Shown piece by piece: positions 50,538 through 63,244 of a stretch of DNA of 64,000 nucleotides (position 1 is the first letter of the stretch; the number at the start of each line of letters is the position of its first letter). The stretch lies in assembly GCA_010093815.1 (NCBI GenBank), contig ML996580.1. One strand, given 5' to 3'. This DNA comes from Pseudovirgaria hyperparasitica (taxonomy: Eukaryota). The notes under the pieces were generated by a model that did no database searches, had not been told where the DNA came from, and saw only the letters and a program-made list of their open reading frames with translations. Position numbers and translations under genes: made by a program.

Positions 50538-52381
50538 TCACTCATCTCGTGTTTTAATTTTGATATGGAACATCTTGCCGTCGAAGCTGCTCATATTAGC
50601 ATGAATCTACCTTGCAGCTGGCAGTGGACAAGACAACTTACAACGACAAAAACGAGTCTTTGAACTTCATGTCCTTGTCCGTGGTATCGTGGACACTGAC
50701 GCTGAATCTCCGGAAGAGGTTTGCCATGAAGACATACATCTCGCACCACGCCAGGTCCTTTCCTAGACATCCTCGCGAGCCATGGTAGAAACTGACCATG
50801 TACTTCTCAAGCTCTCTGGAGGTCTCACCCTGCGTCCAGCGATCAGGGTCGAACTGCTCCGGGTGAGAGAAGACGTCTTTGTGGTTGTTGAGTAGGATAG
50901 CGGAAGTTTGCATGATTGTCTGGTGCGGTAAGTACCTACGAAACATCTGGAACTAGGGATACTTACCCCTCCAGGAATCCGGTGACCATATAATTCAAAG
51001 CCCTCTGCTGGAACTTGGCGAGGTAGTCTCCCCGGCACTGGAGAAGCCCATCGCAGACTCTCCTGTATAACGGCAGTCTGTTCTTGGTCAGACGAGAACT
51101 CAACATGTAAGCCAGACTCACAAGATATGGCAGCTGTTTAGCAACCTTGTAAGTTATTTTAGAGTCACCGGGGAAGGCATGATCAAGTTCCCGCACAAGG
51201 CTCTTATAAATGTCGTTGTTGCGGCAGATCTGGTAGATGCCTTGGTACATGACGGTCGAAGAGGTATCGACAGCTGCAGTCATAAGGATGATGACTTCTG
51301 ACATGAGACTTTCCCCTTGGGGTACCACATGACCTTTGGCAGCGTTCGGATCAATCAACTGCTCGATTATGTCGGACCTCACACGACGTGACTTTGGTTC
51401 ATTCTTTTCCTTGTGTTCCTCGACCAGAGAAGAATCACGATTACGAAGGTAGTCATCCATGACGGTTCCCACGTCCTGTATGTCTCAGCAGCGATCTCTA
51501 ATTTGTATCAGTTGCCTTACTTGCGCGAATTTTCGAATGGGAAGAGGAAATATCCACTTCTGTATAGACGGAGGCAGCTTGTACATGGCTCGAGTTGTGG
51601 TAGGGGCTACAAATGCCAACCAGGTCTGCTGCAGCACTGCATGGAGGAGGTCGACAAAGTCACTTCGGAAATCGGGATCAAGAACACATTCGTGGTCGGT
51701 GGCCAGAAGGAGCCTTGTTGCAATATCGATGATGAAGGCATTGCACAGTTTCAAGACATTGACAGGCGTATCCGAGTGAGCGAATTGCTCCAGTCGACTA
51801 TTCAAGGACTCCGCCTTGCTCTCAATCCATTTTGCATGCTCAGTCACTCGACTTATCGAGAAGGCGGGCGCCAAAACCTGTCTACGGACGCGGTGCTTCT
51901 TTGGGTCTGTCTCGGAGACCACCGAAGGCAGCATTATCAATTGGTAGAAATCAGGATCCTTCAGAAACCCACTGGTGACTTTGGCCATGCGCTGATAGAT
52001 CTCCGGATCGTTGATGTGGAGCGTGTTTGGGCCCAGGCGGACCACGGGTCCTGCACGTGTGAGTTGTTGAAGACATGACCATTCAACCTCGCACTTACCA
52101 TAGGTTTGGTGAAACTTCTCAAGCTGCCATACCAGCATACACCTGTTTTCGCCCCAATAGTTATATACGAGCTCAAACCATGCCGGATCAACAATGGCGA
52201 GCTTTGGTCCTGGGTAGCGAGATAGAGGGTGTAGGTACAGCCTATACACCCCACGTAAAACCCAGAACAACGAGTATCCAACGCAAGTGCTCAGAGTCAA
52301 CAAAATCAACCATGTCGAGGTGGGCACGTTCTCGAATACCGATAGTTGGTACCCCATGTTCGTGCTCGGGCTGCTCTCCAT
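50538..52381 (-). CDS. Cytochrome P450 monooxygenase (trichodiene-oxygenase/CYP58-clan-like by inference), about 6 exons
   Basis: N-terminal TM anchor, HPLSRYPGP, GPVVRLGPN, I-helix AAVDTS, K-helix ESLR, FDPDRW and heme motif FYHGSRGCLG. Start at 52381 or 52357. Confidence 0.92.
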
Positions 52382-55300
52382 CCGAGGGAATAAACAACTC
52401 AAGAGGAAAAAGAAGAAGAATTGCACGAACGGCTCAAGATATAGATGAAACTCGCGTGTTTAGTAGACTGGAGATTTGCGGAGATGCTCGTGCCGGCCCG
52501 AATTCATAGTGGGCCCAGGCCGGGATGTATGGAATGACTTCGGTCCAGCAACATGATTTTCCACACTAGACGATTCAGGATCGCAATCGAGGTAAATCCT
52601 ACGAGACTGACGGGTATTCAGGCACGGAATTCGATAGCATAATGTGGTTGATGTCAAACTCATGACAATGCCACTAAACGCCAGTATATTGTCCGCAACT
52701 GAAGCCCACGTTTGTCTTTATATCCCTGCCCCGAGCAAGTAGCTAAACAAACATGTCGTAGAGTACCTGTATGTCCTCCAGTACCATAGGAAACAACCTG
52801 AAACTTGCAGGAGCCTCTCCCTTATCCATCCATCAACGAAGGATGCTAAATTATGAGCAGTTGGAAGTACATCCAATCAAACCACACTCAAGTGCCGAGA
52901 ACCCAAGCTATACCCTGGCGAGAAGGTGACGAGTAGACAAGCACGGATTGGACATTACGCCCCAGTTTACTCCATCAACACCCTTGATGCTATATAGGGT
53001 ATTAGTGCACTGTGCACACGTGCGAGACCCTTAGTCCCAAGCGAGTCATCATCGGGCCGATTCACATCTTCTATAGATAGCCTTCGTTTCGCCTGATCGA
53101 TGCTTGTAAGGGACTAACGAACTAATCCGGATGAACGATCTAGCGAACACGAATTTGTCACTCGTGCGGATCACGCCACCACTGATGCAAGGAGACGTTC
53201 TCGAACGATTGATTGCAGTCGGCATATGTGACGTACACGGTATATGCATGGAAGGACAGTAGCTTCCATGTTTGGAACCGTGCATATACAGTGAGGGGAC
53301 ACCTTCGCGGCCTGAAATATGCCTGTCCCAGACTCTAGGACTGTATCACAGCACGCAGGACAACGGATACTCAATTGGGTGGCATGAGGAGTTAGTGGAC
53401 ATCTATCTACTGGCGAAAAGGTCACCCGTAGAATCTATATATCCTGCTCAGGAGACTACCTATTTAGGCTTGGAATTTACTTTGATAGGTGAACTGTGTA
53501 TATCTAATTATTCAGGAGGACGCTGCAGTCTCGCTGCGCTAACGACTACTACCCTGCCTTATATACACATACATACACATTTACTACACAAAATCTCGGA
53601 CACCCCTCCGCCAAACCCAACGAATTCACAAGGCATCCATCACTCTACTCTAACCCGACAAACCCAACCTCCCTTACCCGGCAGACCTGACCTTACCCAA
53701 ACAGGCAGTCACACAACACATAAATCCACTCCCTCCTAACATACTCCACCACAACCCCAAAAGTACGAAAAGGTCGACGATTGCGTCCCTCCGCCCGCAG
53801 TGCAAAGGAAGCCAATATCTCATGCCTCCATCCCCCCCTCAGCCAGAAGACCATATTGTACAATGTCTGCCTGTCGCTGATAGAATCGTACGCAGCAATG
53901 CGCGTCTGTGCGCTTTGGATCGTGAGTATCATCACCATCAAACGCCCACACTGAAGAGACTCATCACGGCCAAACTCATGCTGAAGACCTTCACCAAGCA
54001 TATTAGCTAGTATGTGTCGTCAGCACACTCCATGCCTAGCAGGTACGCTGGCAAAGCATGAGACATGAAAGAAGAGTTGAGGAGAGGAGAGGGGAAGGCG
54101 AGCAGGGGCATGGGGAGGGCGTTTTTCCGGGAGCCAGGGCGCACGGAATGGCTTTCCATCCACTGTGGTTTGTGTGGAACTATGGCTTGAGGGGGATTGG
54201 TGAGGGGAGGGGGAGGAGGAGGTTGGGGATGTATTTATAGTATTTGGGGATGCTGGGGTGGGTGGTGTGTAGAGTAGTGCGTACTAAGGGGTGGAGGGTT
54301 GGTGGTGGCGAGGTGAGATATGTGAATGCATATACTGTGCGTGTATTCATAGAGGAGAGGCGGAGATGCTGGCTTTGTGAATGACCCTGCATAGGGCAGA
54401 CTCTGAATAATATGCCGGGTCGATCCCTCTCTCGCTCCCTACCTCCATCCCAATCATCAACCCCCCCAAACAGCATATAAACACACTCCTTCCACACACC
54501 TCTACCCTCCCTCACTAAACCCCCATCTCTTCCAAATGCATCTCATCAAACATGACATGCCCGCGTCGGTGCTGGAGTGCGATCAACAACCGAGGAATGC
54601 GTCGCCTGTGTATACTACGAAACCAGATGATGACGAAGCTACTGACGATGATGACGACACGTATCATCCTCCGACCATACACAGGCAGAACAGCGCATAG
54701 AAGGATGTAAATCTCCCTCGTTACATGGTGGTGGTGTACATCATCATCACCACAACGCAGCACCGGAACAACCCAAAGCACCCCAGCTACCATATCAGAC
54801 TCAACGAGTCCACAGCACCGCAACACCAGGAACAACATCGTACATCACCCTCGCTTGGTGCAGGGACATGTGACATTTCATGCAATAGGCGAGCCAACGC
54901 ATGTAGGCGTTGCCTAGACTTTGAGGGCTGCTGGATGGAGGATCAGTATTGTGTTTGAGAGGGAGGAGGAAGGAGTATTTATATGTGTGGGTACGTATGG
55001 GAGGTAAGATGTTCTTGGGCGGGATGGGGCTTTGTCGGGTAGGGATGCGGTTGCTGGGTATATAGACATACACGGATACAGGAGTAGTGGTATCTTACCC
55101 GGCGTTCGCGTGGACACGTGCGTGCTTGTGATGTAGGAGTAAGCTGGGTAGTAGATGTATGGATGGGTGAATGGATGAGTGTGTCTGCGCATTGTATCGC
55201 GGCGGATGTACCGTGTACGTGGACATTGTATATCTACCTAACTAAATGTTCTTCTACTTTCCTCCTCTCTTCTTCTCACATCCTCACATCCTTACATCTT

Positions 55301-58300
55301 GCCCTGGTTGCTGTTTTCAACTTCGATGAGAATAGCGACGTGCATTACCATGAGCATGGGGATGTGCGGTCGAGCACCATGAACATTTCGGGAACATGAG
55401 CGTGCACCTAGCTCACAGTCAAGATCATGCTGGGGTGGTTGGGACCCCTGCGGTGGATGTACGACGTGCATGCATGATCTGGTTGGGCAGTGGATTGGAT
55501 GGTCTTGCGGAATGGTAGTGTAGAGGGACGGTGATGGTCATGCTGGTCGTTGTGTGATGATGATGTTCATGCATATCTGTACAGATGACGATCAGCAGCA
55601 CGCCATGACAATACTCACCACCAGCACTTCCTCACAATATCTCCCAGACAACGAATCATTCCAGGCATCGAGCAGACCGCGAAACCATCATCCCCGACAT
55701 GCCACGACGTACCATGTTTCCAGCCGCACACAGGCACAGGCCCAGGCACAGGCACAGCAATGGCATGAGAAGAACAATCGCGTGCACGCACATGGGTATA
55801 TACTTCCATTACCCGTGCTCTAGTGTCGAAGCGAACCAAAGATGATAGTGAGACAGAAGGGAGAATGAGAGAAGATAGAAGGGAAGACTTTAAGAACGGT
55901 CATAGACACACGCTCGCGTCTGAAGCGCCGGGTAGGTGGATGACGGAGGCTACGGCGCGTCCATGGATGGATGGTATACGCGTGATTCAGCTATGTGAAT
56001 GACGACGCGCTGAACATACCCGGCACAGCGCTACCCGTATCAAGGCAGTATCGACTGCACTTCTTGACACCAATCTTACCTTACTCTACAAAGTATCCAT
56101 GATCATGGCCCTTGGCAGTAGCCCACTGTCACTGATCCACTACATGGATTGTGTGTGTTTTCTGCGTCTACCCCTATGACTAGTCACATGGTTCTCCTGA
56201 CATGGCCCTGTGTCACTGCGGGTGATACATTGTTGTGGTGATGGATGCCTTTCTTACGTTTGCATGTTAATGTGTATCACCGAGGCTGGAGATACATGTC
56301 GGGACTAATGAGCTGTGTGAGGTTGGGTGCGTGGCACCTCGACTGACAGGCTGTGTGGTTCGTATCTGATGGAGATGAGATTGAGGAAGACAAGGCTTGA
56401 CTCAGAAGTGCATCGACGATAGGATATTGACAGGCGCATTCGACCATAGAACCAACTCTTCTACCCCTATGCTGCATCAAGTCTAGTGATTGACTCAAGC
56501 ATATAGAAGTCTAGAGGTTGGTTGTGGATACTGGTGGACCGGGCCGATGATCTGGACAAGAGTACCATTAATCCACGACCAAAGTGCTTATTTTGACGTC
56601 AAGGTCTCCACTTGAGGCGTTGACTAGACGATGGCGCTGCTCGATCAATGGCGACGATATGCAACCTCGCCAGCCACCACAGCGATCTTGATATATGGAA
56701 GTGGACTCGGGCAAAGGGCTTGTATCTATGCTGCAACAATGGCCATCGATCTCCGATGCTGATCATATGCGTAGGTGAGGCCAAGCTGCTCGGATGGCTC
56801 CGTAGGGCTATCATCCGAAGCTGCCAAGCTGATGGTCGTTTCAAGGCTGTGATTGGTACTGTGACTACAACTTGCTTACTTGTCGAACGGTGAGATTGCC
56901 AAATCGATGGCGATATCAGGTTTCGCACGAAGTGGTATAGAAGCAGAGTAAATTGAGTCGAGTGGCTTGACAACGTATAGGTGGCTGTTGTCCGTTCTTG
57001 GCCTCTTAGTCTCCGACCTAGTGGCTTGGATGATGGCATTGATATTTATCCATTGGACAGATGAGCTCATAGTGCAGTGCATTCTTGAGTTGTGCAGGTG
57101 TAAAGGAGTAGCTGAGCGACATTTGCATTCTTGAAGATTGTGGAGGGGGAAGGTATCGTGCGTTGCGGGCATGAACCCCCCTTGTTGTTGATCGTCGAAG
57201 TTTTTTTTTTGGCCAAGCAGGACTTGATAAAGTAGGTATGCAGTGCTGTGAGTGGATCTCTGGTCGTCTATTGTGCCACGACGATTCTCTGTATTACACC
57301 TATGGCGTTCACGTTGTTGCGTGACTTTTGTGGTGCTACAAATCAAATCTAGCTCCGATAAGCCTCTTGTAGATGCAAGTCTTCCAAGGAGACTGCCTAC
57401 ACGGCGTGACTGGTCACCGGCAATGGATTGCAGTGCGATCACAGGCCCAGGGATGTACTCGGTATCATGATTGTTGGTCGGATGTTTGACGACACATGGT
57501 GACCTGGCCGTGACCTCGGATGCGAATGGAAGGAAGTCTAAGAAAAGACAGCATGGTAACATAAAGAGCGCAATCGGGATTTGTACACATCGATCTGACT
57601 TGAGCATGCATCGGAACATCGTGCATGTGGAGACGCAATTCTTGCACCCCAGATCCGTCCGAAACAATGGACGTTGGCCTGGGAAAGAGGAGGCGAAAGG
57701 ATTCGAGCGACGGCTCTATGTCAGGCTCTGGCTTGGCCGCACATTAAGCTGTCAGGGCTGTCATGGTCAAGATGAGAAAAGCATAGTGCAGCCCACGAAT
57801 CGGACCCTTAGAGAGACGTCACTGCCCCAGGTGATCTGTGCGCGAGATGCAGTGCAGCGTCATTTGGCGAACAAGTGGCTATTTTGGACACTATAGAATA
57901 TCGAAGGAAGAGTTCTAGAAGGTCAAGGCTTGAGAGGTGGACGAGCATCCCCTGGCAGTGAGATTTGCAGCGCATGTTGTAAAAGTGCACGGTCACAGTG
58001 AGGAAGACGGCGGAACACAGTGCTTTGGCGTCCAGAGCCAGGATGGTTGACAACATCAGCAGCAGTTATCAACATCAAACAAACGCAAAGATGGAGTCCG
58101 AAGCTTGAGGGAAGTGGTCGGAGAAGGGTGATGCGGGAAAAGAACGGGGCGCACCGCATCCCGTCTTGGCTGGAGCTGACTGAGGTTGGATGATGTGGTC
58201 CTGCGGAGCTAAAGTGCCAGTGTTGTAGGTGTGCTTTGTCTTGCTTGTCCATGACGACGACGTCAAAGGCTGAGGATGAGGTTTGGGTTGGTACAGGATG

Positions 58301-60357
58301 ATGACATGCAGTCGTTCTGGCGTTTGCAGAAAATGGACAACGTCTGACGGAACTGACAGAGCTTCCACTGGACGGAATGAGACCAAGGCGAAAGATGAGG
58401 ACGATGGTGTCTCTCGCAGTCAGGCCTCACCTCAGCCAAAGCGTGGCATGGTATGGCATGGTGAGGCGCGGAGAATGACGGAAAAGGTAATCGGGTAACG
58501 GATGGAGGGAGTTGGCGGAACTGTAGTGAGTAGGTCTGGTGCGGATCTGATAAGCAGCAGCGGAATATACGAGTAACGAGGTGACGGCCAAATCACAGGC
58601 CGGAGTTTGGGCTTAGCAACAAGATGCATAGCAAATCACTCCAACGGAACAGATGGCGCCGGCGCTCCAAGCAGTCGGGGCGTGCGGGTGCTGGAGATGC
58701 AGAGTTTATGTGTGGGATGCTTGCAAGTGTTGCGTGCAGCGTGCGTGCGCGTGTGCGTGTGCATGTGTATGCATAACAAGAGATGGAGGGCGATAGGTAG
58801 ATGGGCGGCAGTAAGATATCAGCTGAGGGAGGGTAGCAGTAATAGGGATACTATTACTGCCAGTGCTTCTGTGCTCTAATTATATAGTATACACCGCATG
58901 CACGTCCTAACCTGTGACCTTTGTCGAGATAATAATAGTTGGCAGAAGGTCAGTCAGCCGCGAGTTTCGACGATGTCTCTCTTCCATCTGGATATCTAGA
59001 CAGCTGGTCATTTTAATTAATTACAGTATCAGTATCTAGAACATCTGTATATCTATTAGTAAGCGGGCTGTACCGCTGTTTGCCGTCCATCATACTATCC
59101 CCCACACTGGGCATGACTCGGGGTAGATGGATGAAGAATACGCATACGTGATATAGAATACGCAGGATAAGTGGCGCCCTTGTGACAAGAACACACCACA
59201 AGCCACCAAGGATAGGCGGCTTCTGAATGGCTGCAGGGCCCGTACTCTCCCCGTGCATCGAGTCAGACATTCCAGAGCCTCATTTGCTCCACTTGGGTAA
59301 CTTGATTGACATGCCGCCGCCATGTTCAGTAGCCTTCTATGGCTAAACTGGTGCTCGTCTCTCATTACCAGTAGACATATCGCTCCAGTCAGAATGAAAA
59401 GAGTTGTTGCCATCGCGGGCCACGTGTTGTTGTGTGCGCTGTGACGAGCGTTTAGGGCTGCCGGATGTGTCGCTGTACATCGTAGCACGCTTCTTCTTCC
59501 TCATTCCGCTCCTCTCCACCACCACCTGATACCCCCTGTACCCCCCCCCCCCCTCCCTTTCTCCGACATGGATCCCCCTCCCCCCCCCCTCACCCCTAGT
59601 ATTGACTCGTCGTTGTCACTCTATCAACATCCATATCACTACTTGACTCCACTCAAGAACATCACAATCATCCATACAACTCCTCCTCTGCCTTTCCTGC
59701 AACCCCTCCTTGTCCCCACGTCCCTATCGCCAAGCCTACGCAAACTGGCTATCTCGCACTCTGGCCAAGTCCCCGAACACTGACCCACTACCAAAAAGCA
59801 TCCCGATCACTCACCCCACTCTGCTCAGACGCCTGCTGCCCTCTCTCCTCTATAATAACCACTGCTCGCCGTGCCACCACTTGCTCCGACCACAGCTACT
59901 TCTGCTTATACACCTAACCCTCACTCAACTCAACTCATCCCAGACCCGTCCAAATATATCACTGATCCAGCTCGAGTCTTCTCCTCGGCCATCCTCTTAT
60001 CCTCGTCTTCTTCGACGGCCGCAGTGCCTTCCCACCAATTATTGATGTCGGTTGATTTGCGTCAAGCTCGCACCTCTCTTCGCTTTCCCTCTCGAGTACA
60101 GACTGTCTCGAGAGCCCAGATCTCCAAGGTCCATACAGGAGATATCACTAGGCCCGCTAAACGAACGTAAACAGCAGACGTACCGTATGTTGTCATGTAG
60201 CCTTGCACTACGAGACTGCAGATACTGATAGTGACGGACAGAATATAGATCAAGCACTACCTCTACCCCCATCCACCATCACGAAACTGACTAGTCCGTG
60301 TCTTACATCGGATTCACTTAAACAGTCGCTCTCGAGTCGAGCACCACTACCACCATC

Positions 60358-61359
60358 ATGGAGAAGTTTGCCGCTACAGCAATCACCCTTGTCAGCTCAC
60401 AATGCTCTGTCGCCCAGCAAATGCAATTCGCCTGTAGTCAGGCCAAGCATGACCTTGACCTCGCCAGAGCCGCTGCTGCAAGAGGTATGCCGACCGCAAC
60501 CTTTGGCAAAAAGAACGACATCCGCATCGTAGGCATCCATGAATACAAGGAAGCTGCTCTGAGTCTTGCCGAGGCCTTTGAGGTCGATGAGCTGTCGCGG
60601 TACTTTATTGATGTGCCAGACCGTGAGCATGCAACAGAGCAAGAGAAGTGGGAGCTCCACCTCTCCATCTTCGAGTACATTGTGTATGCCCACTGTCTGA
60701 AAGGTTTGGTCACCACGACGGGTCCAGGTTATGCTGCCGTCGCGCTATGGTACGTTGTCTAACAAACTGCGAGCGCGCTCATCACGGTCCATACAGGTTC
60801 TCCGAAACGTAGAGATGCACCCGATCTTGAGTTTCAGGTGAGCGCGCCACGACCACTCTGCTAAATCACTACCAGGCTGCCTCCAGGCGATCATATCGAT
60901 GACTGGGCCACCATGCTGCGCAGCGGCATGTGGCGTCTCCGATACAAGTTGTCTGCCGAGGCCCGGAAGCGCTTCTTCGACGAGTTTCTGCCGCTGCTGC
61001 ACGACACCAAGGTCGGTGTGCTCGGTGCTCTCGACGAGAGCTCGTGGTACCTGGTCTACGTCGGCACTCGGCCCTCTGGGCGCGGCAAGGGGTATGCGAA
61101 GAAGCTGATTGAGCAAATCTCGTCTCTCTGCGATGAAGAAGGCCGTGCCATCTACTTGGAGAGCTCGAATGCGATCAACCCAGCCATCTACCGCAAGATG
61201 GGGTTTGAGGATCGCAAGCGAGTGTACATGCAGAGGATCTTGGACCGCAACGTCGAGCTAGACATTATGGTGAGAATGCCCAAGGCGGCCGATGAGAAGG
61301 TCATCATTCGTGAGAAGCTTCCGGCTGCGTCGGTGAAGATCCATCGTCTGCAGGTTTAG
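60358..61359 (+). CDS. GNAT-family N-acetyltransferase, 2 coding exons
   Basis: EAALSLAEAF, AAVALW|LPPG, WYLVYVGTRPSGRGKGYA (acetyl-CoA motif A) and IYLESSN..YRKMGF. Intron 60750-60875. Start at 60358 or at the downstream MPTAT ATG near 60487. Confidence 0.9.
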
Positions 61360-62536
61360 ACGCCACCACAGTGGTGAACAGCACCGGTAAGGTATGTGCA
61401 CGGAGAGTGAGACTGTGAAGGCGGCGTGCGTTGTTTGACTTTGTTCTTGTTTTTTCGGGCCCGACTCCATTCACTCCTTGCTTGCTTACGATGACGAACC
61501 TGTTCGGCTAGCTATTTGGAACACTCCTCTCTTTTGAAAATGACATGCGAATTCTTTGGCTTGGGACAGTGGCTGCAAATGTTCTGCAGATCGAATGACG
61601 TGATGCCATGTGTTTGCCGTTGTGTCGTTTCGTGGCTGAGCTGCTGGTGTTTTAGGCATCCGGGCCCAGCTTTCCCAGCCCAGTCCTCCAATTCCAACAT
61701 CAACACGCACGGGAGTCTTGAGCCATGGCATTGTACCTTTAATGAGGCTGGGCAACACAGACACTGTGTCTCAATGTTGCCATGCACATCCGCAGATCAA
61801 CTGACCCCGCCTCCGCGCGACAAACGCATCTCCCTGCCCAGCCTACGATATAAACTCAGGGACCGCAAATCACTTTTTCCCGACACGCGACTTGATAAAT
61901 CGCGCGCTCGCCGTACATAAACCACATTTCCTGCCGACGCATCCTCTTTCCTCTACGTTCTCGACACTATATTTCAGCACCCAGAGGCAGCTTACGAACA
62001 TGTCACAGGTCGCTGTATGCCTCGGCGGTCTGCGACTGTGCAAGATTTCCGAACCACGCCGTCCGCAAGCACGCGTCCCCGGCCTCAAAGACGACCACGA
62101 CCACCCTTTCCGTCGAGACCTCGCCGAAAGGTCAGAGCTGCAGCTGAGACCGACTACGACACCACCGCCTGACCACAACGAAGACGACGTGCTCGAGCAC
62201 GACACGCGGTCACTGCCGCCGAACAGCCCTGCTGCGCGTCTTGCATCTCCACCTGTAAAGTGGGAAGTACATAGCGGCGGCGGCGGCGTGGACGAGAGGG
62301 CGTGGCGTACACCACAGGCAGCGCTGTGTTCTGAGATACCGACAGATCCGGCTGTCCAGCGGGCAGCAGCGTCAACAGCTCCTCAGCTCACGACGATAGC
62401 CCGGAAATCCGCATACGGAACGCCGCATCCGGACCCTCACCAGAGCATATTCGGCGGCGAAGCACGACCAGATCCAAACGCACTCCCACCACCACCATCA
62501 AACCCCACCTCTACAACACCACACAGCCCACACCCC

Positions 62537-63244
62537 ATGCCCCCTAACCCCTCCCCCTTCCTCGCCCTCCCCCCCGAACTCCGCGCCGCAATCTACACCC
62601 ACCTCCCCACCCCGCTCATCCACCCCACCCCCCTAATCTACTGCCTCTCCACCACCCACCCCACAAAGTCCCACCCGCTCACCACCCTCAACCGCGCCCT
62701 CCGCGCCGAAGCCCTCGCCATCTACTACAGCCAAAACACATGGCTCATCAAGCTCGAGGACGCAGCGTTCTATGACGCGTTCCGCGCCTGGATCGCGGGC
62801 GTGGGACGAGCGGTGGGGTATCTGAGGCGGGTGCGGGTTTGTGTGCGAGCGGGGGTAGTAGGGAGGTGTAAGGAGGTAGTGAGACAGCGGAGTTTGCCTT
62901 CTGTTGCGGCTTCGCTGCCGGTGTATTATCATCGGATGCCGGAGGAGGAGGAGGGCGAGGCGATGCTGGAGATTGATCTTAGTGAGCGGGGGGATGGGCC
63001 TGTGGTTCGTGTGCTGCGGTGTGATGCTGGGGGGTGTGGCTGTGGTGGTGGTGGAGGCGGGGGCTGTGGGCGCGAGGTTGTGTGTGGGGTTGTGCGGGAG
63101 GCGGCGGTGCGGCTTTGGGATGTTAAGCATGGGCGCGAGGGTGTGCGGGTGGGTGATTGGGAGGAGTTTGTGGATGGGGTTTTGGGGAGGTTGGGGACNN
63201 NNNNNNNNNNNNNNNNNNNNNNNNGGGGGGTGAGGGGTGGATAA
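62537..63244 (+). CDS. F-box-like fungal protein (end obscured by assembly gap)
   Basis: SPFLALPPELRAAIYTHL F-box-like start and HPLTTLNRALRAEALAIYYSQNTW. The frame stays open upstream to 61892, with a possible ATG near 62000. Confidence 0.7.
   Translation: MPPNPSPFLALPPELRAAIYTHLPTPLIHPTPLIYCLSTTHPTKSHPLTTLNRALRAEALAIYYSQNTWLIKLEDAAFYDAFRAWIAGVGRAVGYLRRVRVCVRAGVVGRCKEVVRQRSLPSVAASLPVYYHRMPEEEEGEAMLEIDLSERGDGPVVRVLRCDAGGCGCGGGGGGGCGREVVCGVVREAAVRLWDVKHGREGVRVGDWEEFVDGVLGRLGXXXXXXXXXXGVRGG
63199..63224. other. Assembly gap (Ns) inside a G-rich tract
   Basis: Run of N characters. Confidence 0.99.

Noticed and set aside
55554..55823. 89-aa ORF with a QAQAQA repeat
   Set aside because: Explained by a CAGGCA microsatellite and low complexity. 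No promoter or homology support.
56876..57667. 263-aa minus-strand ORF in the gene-poor tract
   Set aside because: The listed start is non-ATG, the Cys/His/Arg-rich composition looks random, and there are no motifs. Likely spurious.
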